Source of the DNA: an uncultured Acidobacteriota bacterium
GTDB taxonomy: Bacteria; Acidobacteriota; Terriglobia; Acidiferrales; UBA7541
Direction of reading: 5' to 3'
DNA length: 64,000 nt
NCBI GenBank assembly: GCA_963790945.1
Contig: CAWBRH010000015.1
Span: forward strand, 51,695-115,694
Position 1 is the stretch's first letter. Each line of letters begins with the position of its first letter. The notes beneath the pieces are model-generated. The model did no database searches, was not told the origin of the DNA, and saw nothing but the letters and a program-made list of their open reading frames with translations. Made by a program: the position numbers and the translations under genes. Positions 40,939-51,157 of this stretch are shown here, piece by piece.

Positions 40939-43401
40939 TTAAAGAGCGGTGCGACGCAGGCGGAGCGCGTTGGTGATCACTGAAACGGAGCTGAAGGTCA
41001 TCGCGGCGCTGGCCAGAATGGGACTTAGCAGAAGGCCGAAGAAGGGATAAAGGATTCCGGCGGCAATGGGAACGCCAAGCGCGTTGTAGGCGAAGGCGAA
41101 GAAGAGATTTTGGCGGATATTCCGCATCGTCGCACGACTCAGAGCACGAGCTCGCGCGATGCCGACGAGGTCGCCCTTCAGAAGCGTGATTCCGGCACTT
41201 TCAATAGCGACGTCCGTTCCCGTGCCCATTGCGATTCCGACATTCGCGGCGGCGAGAGCAGGGGCGTCGTTCACGCCGTCGCCGGCCATTGCCACGATGT
41301 GGCCTTCCGATTTCAACCGATTCACGATCTCACCCTTTTGATTCGGCAGCACCTGGGCCTCGACCGAGTCGATCTTAAGCTTTCGCGCAACTGACTCAGC
41401 AGTGGCGCGGCTGTCGCCAGTCAACATGACGATCCGGATGCCGTCGCGATGGAGTCGATCGATCGCTTCAGCGGTTGTAGGCTTGATTGGATCGGAGACT
41501 CCAATGGCTCCGATCGCTTTACCATTGGCGGCCACGAACATCACGGTTTGGCCTTCCAATTCGAGAGATTTGGCGCGATCGTCGAGGGGACCAAGCGGAA
41601 TCTGCAAGTCGCGGAAGAGGGCGCGATTGCCCAGAGCAGCCCTGGTGTCGTCCACGAGCCCTGCGATACCTTTGCCGGTTAACGAGCGAAAATCGGTGAC
41701 GCTTCCGATTTCAATTTCGCGATCTTTTGCTGCCGCGAGAACGGCGGCTGCCAGTGGATGCTCGCTAGCGCGCTCAAGCGCGGCTGCGACCTTAAGCAGT
41801 TGGGCTTCGGTTGATTCTGCCGTTGGGATCAGCGATGTGACCCGCGGCTTGCCTTCGGTCAGCGTTCCGGTTTTGTCGACTACGACGGTATCCACTTTCT
41901 CGAGAATTTCGAGCGATTCTGCGTTCTTGATGAGGATGCCGGCGAGAGCTCCACGACCAGTGCCGACCATGATCGCCATCGGTGTTGCCAGGCCCAGCGC
42001 GCACGGGCAAGCGATGATGAGGACGGCGACGGCGTTGAGAAGCGCATGCGCCATTTTTGGCTGGGGCCCCAACACGGCCCAAATGGCGAAGGTGAGTATC
42101 GCGGTAAGAACCACTGCAGGGACAAAATAACCTGCAACTCGATCAGCGAGCTTCTGGACTGGAGCGCGGCTGCGTTGCGCCTCGCTAACCATGCGGACGA
42201 TTTGAGCGAGCAGCGTTTCGCTGCCGACGCGTTCAGCGCGCATCACGAAGGTGCCGGTGCCATTCACAGTTCCGCCCGTGACGCGGCTTCCGTCCGCTTT
42301 CTCGACGGGGATGGGCTCTCCGGTCATGAGGGATTCATCCACCGAACTCGAACCATCGAGCACAGCTCCATCGACCGGTACTCGCTCGCCGGGACGTACA
42401 CGAAGAGTGTCGCCCGGCTGCAAATGCTCGACGGGGACGTCGATCTCGGTGCCGTCGGTGCGAACCAGGCGCGCGAATTTTGGGGACAGGTTCAAAAGTG
42501 CGCGGATCGCCGAAGACGTGCGGCTTCGTGCGCGAAGTTCAAGCATTTGGCCAAGAAGAACGAGAGTTGTGATCGCGGCTGCAGCTTCAAAATAGACCGG
42601 AACGGCGCCCGACATGGTTTGAAATGAGGCCGGGAAGATGTTGGGGAAGAGTACTGCGACCACGCTGTACATGTAAGCCGTGCCGGTGCCGAGCGCGATG
42701 AGGGTGAACATATTGAGGCTTCGATTTACGATTGAGGTCCAGCCTCGCTGAAAAAAGGGAAGGCCTCCCCACAGGACAACGGGAGTTGCGAGAAGGAGTT
42801 CGATCCAGCTGATTGCGCGCATTGAAAAGAATCGCTGCAGAGGCTGCCCGGGCAGCATGTCGGACATGCCGAGGATGAGAACAGGAATTGTAAGCGCGAC
42901 ACTGATCCAGAAACGGCGCGTCATGTCGAAGAGTTCGGGATTTTCGTCTTCGGACCCGTTAACGGTGCGCGGTTCGAGAGCCATCCCACAGATCGGGCAT
43001 GCGCCTGGCTCGGAGCGAATGATTTCAGGATGCATCGGGCACGTATATTCGACACGAGCGGCGGAAGGTGTGGGCACGGAGGGCTCAAGGGCCATGCCGC
43101 ACTTCGGGCACGCACCGGGATTTTGTTCGCGTACTTCGGGATCCATTGGGCAGATGTAATTTGTCCCGGTCTTCCTGGTTTCGAGTGAGGCCTTCGGATG
43201 CGCAACGCTGATCGCTTCCGGACTGGTAGCTGTTGCGATTGAGGGCGGTTGCTTCGAGTTCAAGTACTTCGCCGGCTCGGCGGAAAACTTCTTTGCACAG
43301 CCTTCACAACAAAACGAGTAGGTCTTGTTCGCGTGCTCCACGCGAGATTTAACGCGCGCGGGTTCCACGGTCATTCCACAGACTGGATCAAGTTCCAACA
43401 T
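40939..43401 (-). CDS. copA: copper-translocating P1B-type ATPase
   Basis: [11 protein letters not shown] (CPC), [15 protein letters not shown] and MLTGD motifs. The N-terminus has a TRASH/YHS-like CGM...CCEGC plus two YxCPM(D/H)PE...CPxCGM modules. Confidence 0.95.
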   Translation of the reverse strand: MLELDPVCGMTVEPARVKSRVEHANKTYSFCCEGCAKKFSAEPAKYLNSKQPPSIATATSPEAISVAHPKASLETRKTGTNYICPMDPEVREQNPGACPKCGMALEPSVPTPSAARVEYTCPMHPEIIRSEPGACPICGMALEPRTVNGSEDENPELFDMTRRFWISVALTIPVLILGMSDMLPGQPLQRFFSMRAISWIELLLATPVVLWGGLPFFQRGWTSIVNRSLNMFTLIALGTGTAYMYSVVAVLFPNIFPASFQTMSGAVPVYFEAAAAITTLVLLGQMLELRARSRTSSAIRALLNLSPKFARLVRTDGTEIDVPVEHLQPGDTLRVRPGERVPVDGAVLDGSSSVDESLMTGEPIPVEKADGSRVTGGTVNGTGTFVMRAERVGSETLLAQIVRMVSEAQRSRAPVQKLADRVAGYFVPAVVLTAILTFAIWAVLGPQPKMAHALLNAVAVLIIACPCALGLATPMAIMVGTGRGALAGILIKNAESLEILEKVDTVVVDKTGTLTEGKPRVTSLIPTAESTEAQLLKVAAALERASEHPLAAAVLAAAKDREIEIGSVTDFRSLTGKGIAGLVDDTRAALGNRALFRDLQIPLGPLDDRAKSLELEGQTVMFVAANGKAIGAIGVSDPIKPTTAEAIDRLHRDGIRIVMLTGDSRATAESVARKLKIDSVEAQVLPNQKGEIVNRLKSEGHIVAMAGDGVNDAPALAAANVGIAMGTGTDVAIESAGITLLKGDLVGIARARALSRATMRNIRQNLFFAFAYNALGVPIAAGILYPFFGLLLSPILASAAMTFSSVSVITNALRLRRTAL

Positions 43402-43409
43402 GATTATCC

Positions 43410-43772
43410 TTAGCGGGCATGCTTATAAATCAGCTTCATAAGCTCGTCGTATGTGGATTCTGCGTCGGCGGCGGTGCCTTTGCGGATGGCTTGTGACGCG
43501 CAATGCTTGAGATGGTTGCGCATCAAGGCCTGACCCACGGCACGCAGGGCCTCGTGAACCGATGAAATCTGCACCATGATATCGGGACAATAGCGGTCGG
43601 CCTCGATCATGCGCGCAAGTCCTCGAATCTGGCCTTCGATCCTGCGGAGGCGTTTCAGATTGGCCGATTTAATGGCGGGGTCCACGGCGACTGCTTTGCG
43701 CGCTGCAGTCGAGGGAACTTCACAGGCGCAAGCCGCTCTGCCTTTCATTGTAATTTGCTTTGCGTGTACCAT
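43410..43772 (-). CDS. csoR: CsoR-family copper-sensing repressor
   Basis: [38 protein letters not shown]...NHLKHC carries the Cys / His-x3-Cys Cu(I) ligand pattern. The gene ends 8 nt upstream of copA. Confidence 0.85.
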   Translation of the reverse strand: MVHAKQITMKGRAACACEVPSTAARKAVAVDPAIKSANLKRLRRIEGQIRGLARMIEADRYCPDIMVQISSVHEALRAVGQALMRNHLKHCASQAIRKGTAADAESTYDELMKLIYKHAR

Positions 43773-43789
43773 ATACCCCCAGGGGGTAT
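43773..43789. promoter_or_regulatory. CsoR-type operator, perfect palindrome ATACCCCC-A-GGGGGTAT
   Basis: 17-bp perfect inverted repeat, immediately upstream of the csoR ATG (43772) and overlapping the candidate -10. Confidence 0.7.
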
Positions 43790-43817
43790 TGTACGCAGCT
43801 AAGAGTTCTGGCGTCAA
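43788..43817 (-). promoter_or_regulatory. candidate promoter of csoR-copA
   Basis: Minus strand reads TTGACG-18 nt-TACAAT. The -10 abuts and overlaps the palindrome. Confidence 0.45.
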
Positions 43818-43859
43818 GCGTCGTCGGAGTAATTGGGCGGGCTGCGGCCGAAGAGCGCG

Positions 43860-45074
43860 TTATTTCACGGTAACGACCACCAGTGTCAAGTCGTCGTCGA
43901 ACGCGCCATTGCAAAAGCTGGTCGCCTCGCGCCTCAACGTCTCGATCATTTCGGCGGCGGTCAAGCGCATGTTCTCGTTTCCGATGCGGGCTACATTATG
44001 CTCGCCGAACTCGACGCCGTTGGAGTTACGAGCTTCGGTTAAGCCGTCGGTGTAGAGAACCAGGCGATCGCCAGGCTCGAGGCGCAATTCAATGTTGTCG
44101 TAGGCGTGATCGGGGAAGAGACCGAGCGGTGGTCCTCCGTCTTTTAAAGAGTGCTTCTGTCCGGAGCGTCGAAGCAGGATGGGAGGCCAGTGTCCAGCGC
44201 TGGCATAGGTGAGGTTGTTCTTGGTTACATCGAGAATGCAGTAGCAGAAGGTGACAAACTTGTCGGAGGCGATGTTATTGCAAATCACGTCGTTCAACTT
44301 GCTGACGACTGCGCCGGGAGACGCCGGTTCGGAAGCGAAAGCTCGGAAGCTGGCTTGCAGATTGGCCATTAATAAGGCGGCGCTGATTCCTTTGCCAACC
44401 ACATCGCAGATGCAGACGCCAATCTTCGTCTCGCCAAATTTGACGACATCGAAATAATCGCCGCTAACGACGGCGGCCGGATTCCAAGCCCCGGCGATGT
44501 CGAGGCCTCTGATCTGAGGGATCTGTTTGGGAAGGAAGCGCTCTTGAATCTCGCGCGCCTGGTCGAGATCCTGCTCCTGTTTTTGAGATTGAGTCTTCCC
44601 GAGCTCGAGAGTGCGCTTTAATTCGAGGCTGGTGTGCTCGAGTTTAGCGCGAGTGAGATGGTACAGATGAACGATCGTGCCGACGATTAGGACGACTACG
44701 ACACCGAGCCGCCCCCCGCCCCGGAATTGAGAAGGGAATCGCGAAAGAGGTATGCGATATGCGGCCATGGTGATGGCAACCGCCGCTGCGGAACTGACAA
44801 AAGCAACGAGTGCAAGACACGATTCGTACGCAATCCAGTCATAGGGGCTTCGAAACTTCGAAGACCACGGAGCGATCCGATTCATCGCAGGAGAAACGAA
44901 GTTACCTGCGACGAGGGAATAGAGGAGTATCGCGCCGAAATCCGCACCGGACCAATTCGTAAGGCGCAGAATCGCAAAAAGCGCGAGGGCGACGACGAGG
45001 AACAATCCTTGATTCGAGAGAAATGCGCGGATGCGCACGAAGAAGGGCGAGGGCTGTGCGTTAGGAAGCGACAT
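43860..45074 (-). CDS. membrane-anchored PP2C/SpoIIE-family serine phosphatase
   Basis: The N-terminal part has about 5 TM helices. PP2C-type motifs: VSGDYFDVVKFG...ICDVVGKGISAALLMANL...LVLYTDGLTEA. Confidence 0.85.
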   Translation of the reverse strand: MSLPNAQPSPFFVRIRAFLSNQGLFLVVALALFAILRLTNWSGADFGAILLYSLVAGNFVSPAMNRIAPWSSKFRSPYDWIAYESCLALVAFVSSAAAVAITMAAYRIPLSRFPSQFRGGGRLGVVVVLIVGTIVHLYHLTRAKLEHTSLELKRTLELGKTQSQKQEQDLDQAREIQERFLPKQIPQIRGLDIAGAWNPAAVVSGDYFDVVKFGETKIGVCICDVVGKGISAALLMANLQASFRAFASEPASPGAVVSKLNDVICNNIASDKFVTFCYCILDVTKNNLTYASAGHWPPILLRRSGQKHSLKDGGPPLGLFPDHAYDNIELRLEPGDRLVLYTDGLTEARNSNGVEFGEHNVARIGNENMRLTAAEMIETLRREATSFCNGAFDDDLTLVVVTVK

Positions 45075-45176
45075 AATTTTCCGCCAGAATTCGATCGCGG
45101 GGGCCCAGAGATGGAGGGGATGTTAGGGGTTGGCGAGGTTCAAAGTCAACGGCACCGATTTCCGATTGCGCCGAAA

Positions 45177-45728
45177 CTATTTCGACTCTAGTACGGAATC
45201 AAGATAGGTCGTCAGTTCGGGGCTAGTCCAATCCTGCGGGCCGATGATTTTGCGATCGAGACGGCCTTTGCGGTCGATGATGTAGGTTTCTGGATACATC
45301 GTGGTGCCGTAGGCGAGAGCGATTTTCTTTGATGGGTCACGATAATTGGGAAAGCCGAGCTGGTAAGTCTTCAAGAAATTGTCGTAGGCGGTCTGGTCTT
45401 CGTCCAGGCTGATTCCTAGCACCGTTCCTCCGCGCGGAGCAATCCGGCGCTGCAGGGCATTAAGTGACGGCGCCTCGTCCACGCAGGGCGGGCACCAGGT
45501 GGCCCAGAAATTGAGGAGGACCACTTGGCCACGAAGGTCAGAAAGACGGGCGGGTTTACCGTCGAGGGTGAGGGCAAAGTCCTTTTCTGGCTGGCCGCGA
45601 AGGCTGGGTTCACCCTGGCGGTAGTCTGCGCGGGCAAACATGTAGAGAAGTCCCGCGATGAAGATCAAGACCAGGGCGGTATTTAGTTTTCGTTTCAATG
45701 AGTGGTTCCAGCACCTATAATAAGACAT
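45177..45728 (-). CDS. TlpA-family thiol:disulfide oxidoreductase
   Basis: N-terminal TM anchor, then NFWATWCPPCVDEAPSL. Confidence 0.85.
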   Translation of the reverse strand: MSYYRCWNHSLKRKLNTALVLIFIAGLLYMFARADYRQGEPSLRGQPEKDFALTLDGKPARLSDLRGQVVLLNFWATWCPPCVDEAPSLNALQRRIAPRGGTVLGISLDEDQTAYDNFLKTYQLGFPNYRDPSKKIALAYGTTMYPETYIIDRKGRLDRKIIGPQDWTSPELTTYLDSVLESK

Positions 45729-45739
45729 CCGCGAATTGA

Positions 45740-46795
45740 ATGCCCATTTTTGAGCCGCCGCGGAGCAAACCCCACACCGTGGTCTCAGCCATCATTCCAG
45801 CGCGAAATGAGGAAGCGTCAATCGCGCGGACGGTTGAGTCAGTGGCGGCCCAACCGGAGGTTGAAGAGGTCATCGTCGTCGACGACGGGTCGACGGATGC
45901 AACCCCCAGAATCCTGAGCGAGCTTACCGCGCGGGTGGCCAAGTTAAAGGTAATTGCAGCAGGATCGCTGCCTGATGGATGGGTGGGAAAGAATCACGCC
46001 GCGTGGGTGGGAGCGGCCGCGTCTAAAGGCGACTGGCTGTTGTTCACGGACGCGGACACCTTCCACTTGCCGGGGGCGATGCGACGAGCGCTGGCGGATG
46101 CGCTGGAGCACGGCGCGGTGCTGGTCTCGTATTCTCCGGAGCAGGAGATGGAGACGTGGTGGGAGCGAGCGTTGATTCTGCAGATTTACTGGATGCTTTC
46201 AAGGAAATATACGTTCGAGAAAGTGAACGATCCTAGATTTCCGGATGCAGCGGCGAATGGACAGTTCATTTTTGTGCGACGAGACGTGTATGAATCGGTC
46301 GGCGGGCACCGGGCAATTGCGAACGAGTTGCTTGAAGATGTGGCGCTTGCGCGTTTGGTGAAGCGGTCCGGGTCTCGATTGTATTTTGCGAGTGGCCTCG
46401 GGATTGTCCGGACACGGATGTACCGAAGTTTTGGGGCGATGTGGGAAGGCTGGACCAAGAACCTCTACGCGCTGATTGGAGGTTCGCTTTTTAGCTTGAT
46501 CGGTGAATTGGTCGATTGGTTCGTGCTTTTGGCCTTGGTGGTGGTTCTATCGGGGAGCATTGTGCGTCCGCTGGATTGGATTATTGCCGGCGGATGCGTG
46601 GCCTGGTTAGCGTTTCGCGTAGCGAGCTTTGGAACATATTTGAGGCGGAATCGGTACCCGTTTTCAAACATCAAATGTTTCGTTCCTGGGGTGTGCCTCT
46701 ATTCGGCGGCGCTGATAGTCTCGTGTTGGAAGAGCCTAAACGGAACGGTTGAATGGAAGGGCCGCCGATATGCTGCAAGATCAGAGCAGGGCTGA
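45740..46795 (+). CDS. family 2 glycosyltransferase with C-terminal TM helices (lipid-glycosyltransferase-like)
   Basis: VSAIIPARNEE, VIVVDDGSTD, GWVGKNHA and LLFTDADT motifs. The C-terminal third is hydrophobic. Confidence 0.8.
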   Translation: MPIFEPPRSKPHTVVSAIIPARNEEASIARTVESVAAQPEVEEVIVVDDGSTDATPRILSELTARVAKLKVIAAGSLPDGWVGKNHAAWVGAAASKGDWLLFTDADTFHLPGAMRRALADALEHGAVLVSYSPEQEMETWWERALILQIYWMLSRKYTFEKVNDPRFPDAAANGQFIFVRRDVYESVGGHRAIANELLEDVALARLVKRSGSRLYFASGLGIVRTRMYRSFGAMWEGWTKNLYALIGGSLFSLIGELVDWFVLLALVVVLSGSIVRPLDWIIAGGCVAWLAFRVASFGTYLRRNRYPFSNIKCFVPGVCLYSAALIVSCWKSLNGTVEWKGRRYAARSEQG

Positions 46796-46815
46796 ATTTT
46801 GAGAGCCGACAATCG

Positions 46816-47241
46816 ATGATACGGATTACGCGCAAGGTGGAATTTTCGGCCGCGCATTTTTACCACAACCCAAAGTTCTCAGCGGAGGAGAACAAGCGCG
46901 TCTTCGGCAAATGCAGTAATACGCACGGACACGGACACAATTACACGCTCGAAGTGACGATTGCGGGAGAACCGGATCCGGCAACCGGAATGGTCCTTGA
47001 CCTGAAGGAATTGAAGGACATTTTGCAGCGCGAAGTGGTCGAGCGAATGGATCATAAGCACTTGAATCACGAAGTGCCGGAACTCGCTGGCCAGATTCCT
47101 ACATGCGAAAATGTCGCTGCGGTGATATGGAATCTGCTTGAATCGAAGATTGTGCGGGGAAAGCTAGACCGGGTAAGGCTGTATGAGTCGGAAGATCTGT
47201 TCGCGGATTGCACGGCGGAACAAAATGGAATAAAGCGATGA
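46816..47241 (+). CDS. 6-pyruvoyl-tetrahydropterin synthase / QueD family protein (paralog 1)
   Basis: FSAAHFYHNP...GKCSNTHGHGHNYTLEVTI...DHKHLNHEV...PTCENV. Confidence 0.85.
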   Translation: MIRITRKVEFSAAHFYHNPKFSAEENKRVFGKCSNTHGHGHNYTLEVTIAGEPDPATGMVLDLKELKDILQREVVERMDHKHLNHEVPELAGQIPTCENVAAVIWNLLESKIVRGKLDRVRLYESEDLFADCTAEQNGIKR

Positions 47242-47654
47242 AGATATCACTTACTCGCCGCTACCGTTTCGCTGCTTCGCACCGTTTACATTCGGCTGCT
47301 CTGAGCACAGCAGAAAATGAGCAAATCTATGGCAAGTGCAATAGCCCCTACGGTCACGGTCACAATTACGCGGTCGAGGTGACGATCACGGGGCCCGTCG
47401 ATCCAGACACGGGAATGATCGCGAACCTCGGCGACCTCGATCCGTACGTGCAGAAAGAAGTAATCGAAGCGTTCGACTTTAAATATTTGAATGAGGATGT
47501 GCCTGAGTTTCAAGCCTTGGTGCCGACGACAGAAAACGTATGCCGTGAAATCTACCGGCGCTTGGCAGGATTTCCGGCGGCGCGGCTAGAGGGCGTAAGG
47601 ATCGAAGAGACGAGTAAGAATAGTTTCGAATATGCCGGAGAGCAGCCGAAATGA
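47238..47654 (+). CDS. 6-pyruvoyl-tetrahydropterin synthase / QueD family protein (paralog 2)
   Basis: ATGA overlap with paralog 1. [10 protein letters not shown]...[19 protein letters not shown]...[11 protein letters not shown]...PTTENV. Confidence 0.85.
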   Translation: MKISLTRRYRFAASHRLHSAALSTAENEQIYGKCNSPYGHGHNYAVEVTITGPVDPDTGMIANLGDLDPYVQKEVIEAFDFKYLNEDVPEFQALVPTTENVCREIYRRLAGFPAARLEGVRIEETSKNSFEYAGEQPK

Positions 47655-48271
47655 AAAGTGGAGACAAAATGAGCGAGGCTACTGAAATCATCATTCCTGA
47701 TGCCCAGGGTGAGGAAACCATCGCAGACTTGGTACGGAAGATGCTTACGCTGATCGGAGAAGATCCGAATCGCGAAGGACTGCGCCGGACGCCGGAGCGA
47801 TTCGAGAAAGCGTTTCGATATCTAACAAGCGGCTACCGACAAGACCCGGAGAAGCTTCTGAACGGTGCGATGTTCAGCGTCTGTTATGACAACATGGTCG
47901 TCGTGAAGGACATTGAACTCTACAGCCTGTGCGAGCACCACCTGCTGCCATTCTTCGGGAAGTGTCATGTGGCTTACATTCCCAACAAGAAAGTGGTTGG
48001 GTTAAGCAAGATTGCGCGGCTTGTGAACATGTACGCGCGGAGATTGCAGATTCAGGAGCGCTTGACGAGCCAGGTCGCGAAAGCCATTCAGGACAAACTA
48101 TCGCCGGAAGGGGTGGGCGTCGTCATCGAAGCGCGGCATTTGTGCATGGTGATGCGCGGAGTGGAGAAACAGCACTCTTCAGCCATGACGAGCGCGATGC
48201 TCGGAGCCTTCCGCGAGAACAAGCAGACCCGCGATGAATTCCTGTCGCTGATTAATCACGGCAAGGCCTAG
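47651..48271 (+). CDS. folE: GTP cyclohydrolase I (FolE type I)
   Basis: ATGA overlap with the preceding gene. [11 protein letters not shown]...[20 protein letters not shown]...[15 protein letters not shown]. Confidence 0.9.
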   Translation: MKSGDKMSEATEIIIPDAQGEETIADLVRKMLTLIGEDPNREGLRRTPERFEKAFRYLTSGYRQDPEKLLNGAMFSVCYDNMVVVKDIELYSLCEHHLLPFFGKCHVAYIPNKKVVGLSKIARLVNMYARRLQIQERLTSQVAKAIQDKLSPEGVGVVIEARHLCMVMRGVEKQHSSAMTSAMLGAFRENKQTRDEFLSLINHGKA

Positions 48272-48395
48272 GTGCGCTCTGTTTGATGCCCGAGATTCCT
48301 GGCTGGCCCCGCTGGCGATCGCCCACAAATTTCCCGGCAGATTTCGAGTACAGTGAACCCCGTAGGCCGACTACAGGATTCACTGTAAAAGCGCT

Positions 48396-48423
48396 TTGCA
48401 CCGTACAGACGATGTGCTACGAT
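48396..48423 (+). promoter_or_regulatory. candidate promoter of rpsO
   Basis: TTGCAC-16 nt-TACGAT, about 70 nt upstream of the rpsO ATG. Confidence 0.35.
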
Positions 48424-48490
48424 TTTTAGTGTCGAAAAGGAAATTGAGAGAGAGCAGGGCACGGTTTTTCAGAGGGGGAGGGGCGAGCTG

Positions 48491-48748
48491 ATGGAAGCAA
48501 AGGCAGAGGTTATCGAGCAGTTCCGGACGCATGCGAAAGACACTGGTTCACCGGAAGTGCAGATCGCATTGTTGAGCGAACGCATCAGCTACCTGACGAC
48601 CCACCTCAAGTCCCACGCAAAAGATCACGCTTCTCGTCGCGGGTTGATCATGATGGTCAATAAGCGCCGAAGGCTGTTGGACTATCTGAACCGCCGCGAC
48701 CCGGATCGGTACCGCGAGATTGTGGAACGACTCAGCTTACGCAAGTAG
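48491..48748 (+). CDS. rpsO: 30S ribosomal protein S15
   Basis: [50 protein letters not shown]. Confidence 0.95.
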   Translation: MEAKAEVIEQFRTHAKDTGSPEVQIALLSERISYLTTHLKSHAKDHASRRGLIMMVNKRRRLLDYLNRRDPDRYREIVERLSLRK

Positions 48749-48974
48749 CGCTTTCCCGAGTGGTCTTCAGGCCGCGCTTGTCCCACCGCAGAAACCTCAA
48801 GTTGGTGCAGGGCTTTCGAGATGGATGCGGGAGTGTAGGATTGCGCCGTCGAAGTATGTTCCTTCCTCAGAAGCACCTCTAACAATTCCCTATCTCTTCG
48901 AATTTTCCACGAGAGCGGACTCTCGTATCTGAAATGGCGCACTCGAAGATTCGGGGCGCGAAGGATGTGATTAG

Positions 48975-51100
48975 ATGTTTGAACAAGTAAGCGTCGAGGT
49001 CGGTGGGCGCAAATTGACGTTTGAAACCGGCAAAATGGCGCGGCAGGCGCACGGAGCAGTTGTAGCACGGTATGGCGACACGGTGGTTCTATCCACCGCC
49101 TGCATGGACAATAAGGCGACGGACAAAGACTTTCTGCCGCTCACAGTGGACTATCGCGAGTACACCTATTCGGCAGGCAAGATTCCGGGAGGATTTTTCA
49201 AACGCGAGGGACGGCCTTCTGAGCGCGAGATTTTGACCTCGCGGCTAACAGATCGGCCCCTACGGCCCCTCTTTCCTGAGGGCTACTCAACGGAGACGCA
49301 GATCGTTTCCATGGTGCTCTCAGCCGACAGCGAAAATGATCCTGATGTGATCGGACTGACGGCGGCTTCGGCGGCTCTATTCATTTCGAAGATTCCATTT
49401 GAGACGCCGATTGCAGCAGTGCGCGTCGGATTGATTGACGGAAAGTTGATGGCGAACCCGACCGTGGCCGAGCAGAAGACCAGCCTGTTGAATCTGGTGG
49501 TGGCTGGATCGGAAGAAGCGATCGTCATGGTCGAGTCTGGGGCTCTCGAGGTCTCCGAGGATACGGTGGTCGACGCGCTCGAATTCGCGCACGCGGAAAT
49601 TCGCAAGATAGTTGCCGCGATTCGAGAACTCCACAAACGTGTGAACCCCGAGAAGGTGAAGGTGACACCGCCCGCGTTTGACGAAGCGCTGTACAACGAG
49701 ATCAAGTCGAAGTATGGAGAGCGGCTGCGCGACGCTCTTGACACGGCGAAGCATCCCAAGAGCGAGAGCTACGGCCTGGTGGATACGATTAAGGCCGAGA
49801 TCAAGGTGTCGATTCCGGAGGATGACGAAGCGCGCCACAAACTCGCGTATCGCGCATTCGAGCGGCTCCGTGAGCAGATTTTCCGTGATGATATGCTGTT
49901 GCGACGGCGTCGTCCGGATGCTCGGGCCTTCGATCAAATTCGGCAGATTACCTGTGAAGTAGGAGTTCTTCCTCGTGTTCATGGTTCGGCGCTGTTTACT
50001 CGTGGCGAGACGCAAGCGCTTGCCACGGCAACCCTGGGCACCAAAGAGGACATGCAGCGGCTGGACCTGCTTTTTGAAGACGAGGCATTCAAGCGGTTCA
50101 TGCTTCACTACAATTTCCCGCCGTTTTCAGTGGGCGAAGTGAAGTTCCTGCGAGGCCCCGGGCGGCGCGAAATCGGACATGGTGCTCTCGCCGAACGCGC
50201 GCTGGCGAATCTGCTTCCGGCGGAAGCCGATTTCCCATACGCGATGCGAGTCGTGTCGGACATCATGGAATCCAACGGTTCCTCATCGATGGCAACGGTA
50301 TGCGGCGGATCGTTAGCGCTGATGGACGCGGGAGTACCGCTCAAATCGGCGTGCGCGGGAATCGCGATGGGCTTGGTTGTGGAAGGCGATAAGTACGCCA
50401 TCCTCACCGACATTGCCGGCGCTGAGGATCACTACGGCGACATGGACTTCAAGGTTGCCGGTACGCGACAGGGAATCACCGCACTCCAGATGGACATAAA
50501 AGTATCGGGCGTGAGCGTTGCGATGATGCGCGAGGCGCTGGCTCAGGCAAAGAAGGCGCGCCTGGAAATTCTCGACATCATGGACCAGACAATTTCGTCC
50601 GGTCGCGCGGAGATTTCAACTTATGCTCCTCATCTTTACATGCTCAGCATCCCAACCGATAAGATTCGCGATTTGATCGGGCCGGGCGGCAAGAAGATCC
50701 GCTCGATCATCGAAGCGACGGGCGTGAAGATCGACGTGATGGATGATGGGAAGGTTCACGTGTTCGCAGCGAACGGACCCGCCGCAGAAGATGCGCTCAA
50801 GATGATTCGCGACGTGACCGCCACAGCTGAGATTGGCAAGACCTATCTTGGCAAGGTGGTGCGAATCGCGGAATTCGGCGCGTTCGTCGAGATTTTCTCA
50901 GGAACAGACGGCTTGCTGCACATCAGCGAGATTGCGGAGCTAGGATTCGTTCCGTCCGCGACGAGTTGAAGGAAGGGGATCAGATTCTTGTAAAGGTGCT
51001 GGCGATCGAAGGAAACAAGATCCGGTTGAGCCGCAAGGCTGTGTTGCGCGAACAGCGTGACAAGCAACAGCCACAACAAAAATCGGAGGCTGCCGGCTAG
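48975..51100 (+). pseudogene. pnp: polyribonucleotide nucleotidyltransferase (PNPase); single frame break near 50940 just before the S1 domain end
   Basis: The 664-aa ORF is PNPase up to HISEIAE. The C-terminus RIRSVRDELKEGDQILVKVLAIEGNKIRLSRKAV continues in the +1 frame to TAG at 51098-51100. Confidence 0.9.
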
Positions 51101-51127
51101 TTCCGTTTCAATCGGGAGTACGGATTC

Positions 51128-51157
51128 GGGGAGGCGAGCGATCGCCTCCCTTTTTTT
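51128..51157 (+). terminator. intrinsic terminator of rpsO-pnp
   Basis: GGGAGGCG-N6-CGCCTCCC followed by TTTTTTT, about 28 nt after the restored pnp stop. Confidence 0.8.

Noticed and set aside
41402-42130. 242-aa plus-strand ORF and several 60-190-aa ORFs inside copA
   Set aside because: They are antisense or off-frame to an intact P-type ATPase with all signature motifs. Their composition is Ser/Ala/Arg-rich.
46796-46815. preQ1 or THF/ZTP-type riboswitch in front of the PTPS-PTPS-folE genes
   Set aside because: Only 20 nt separate the GT2 stop from the first PTPS start, and the downstream genes overlap. There is no room for an aptamer.
48749-48974. pnp leader with the RNase III autoregulatory hairpin between rpsO and pnp
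   Set aside because: The 225-nt spacer is of the expected size, but I could not find a convincing long stem or an rpsO terminator by eye. It is left unannotated.
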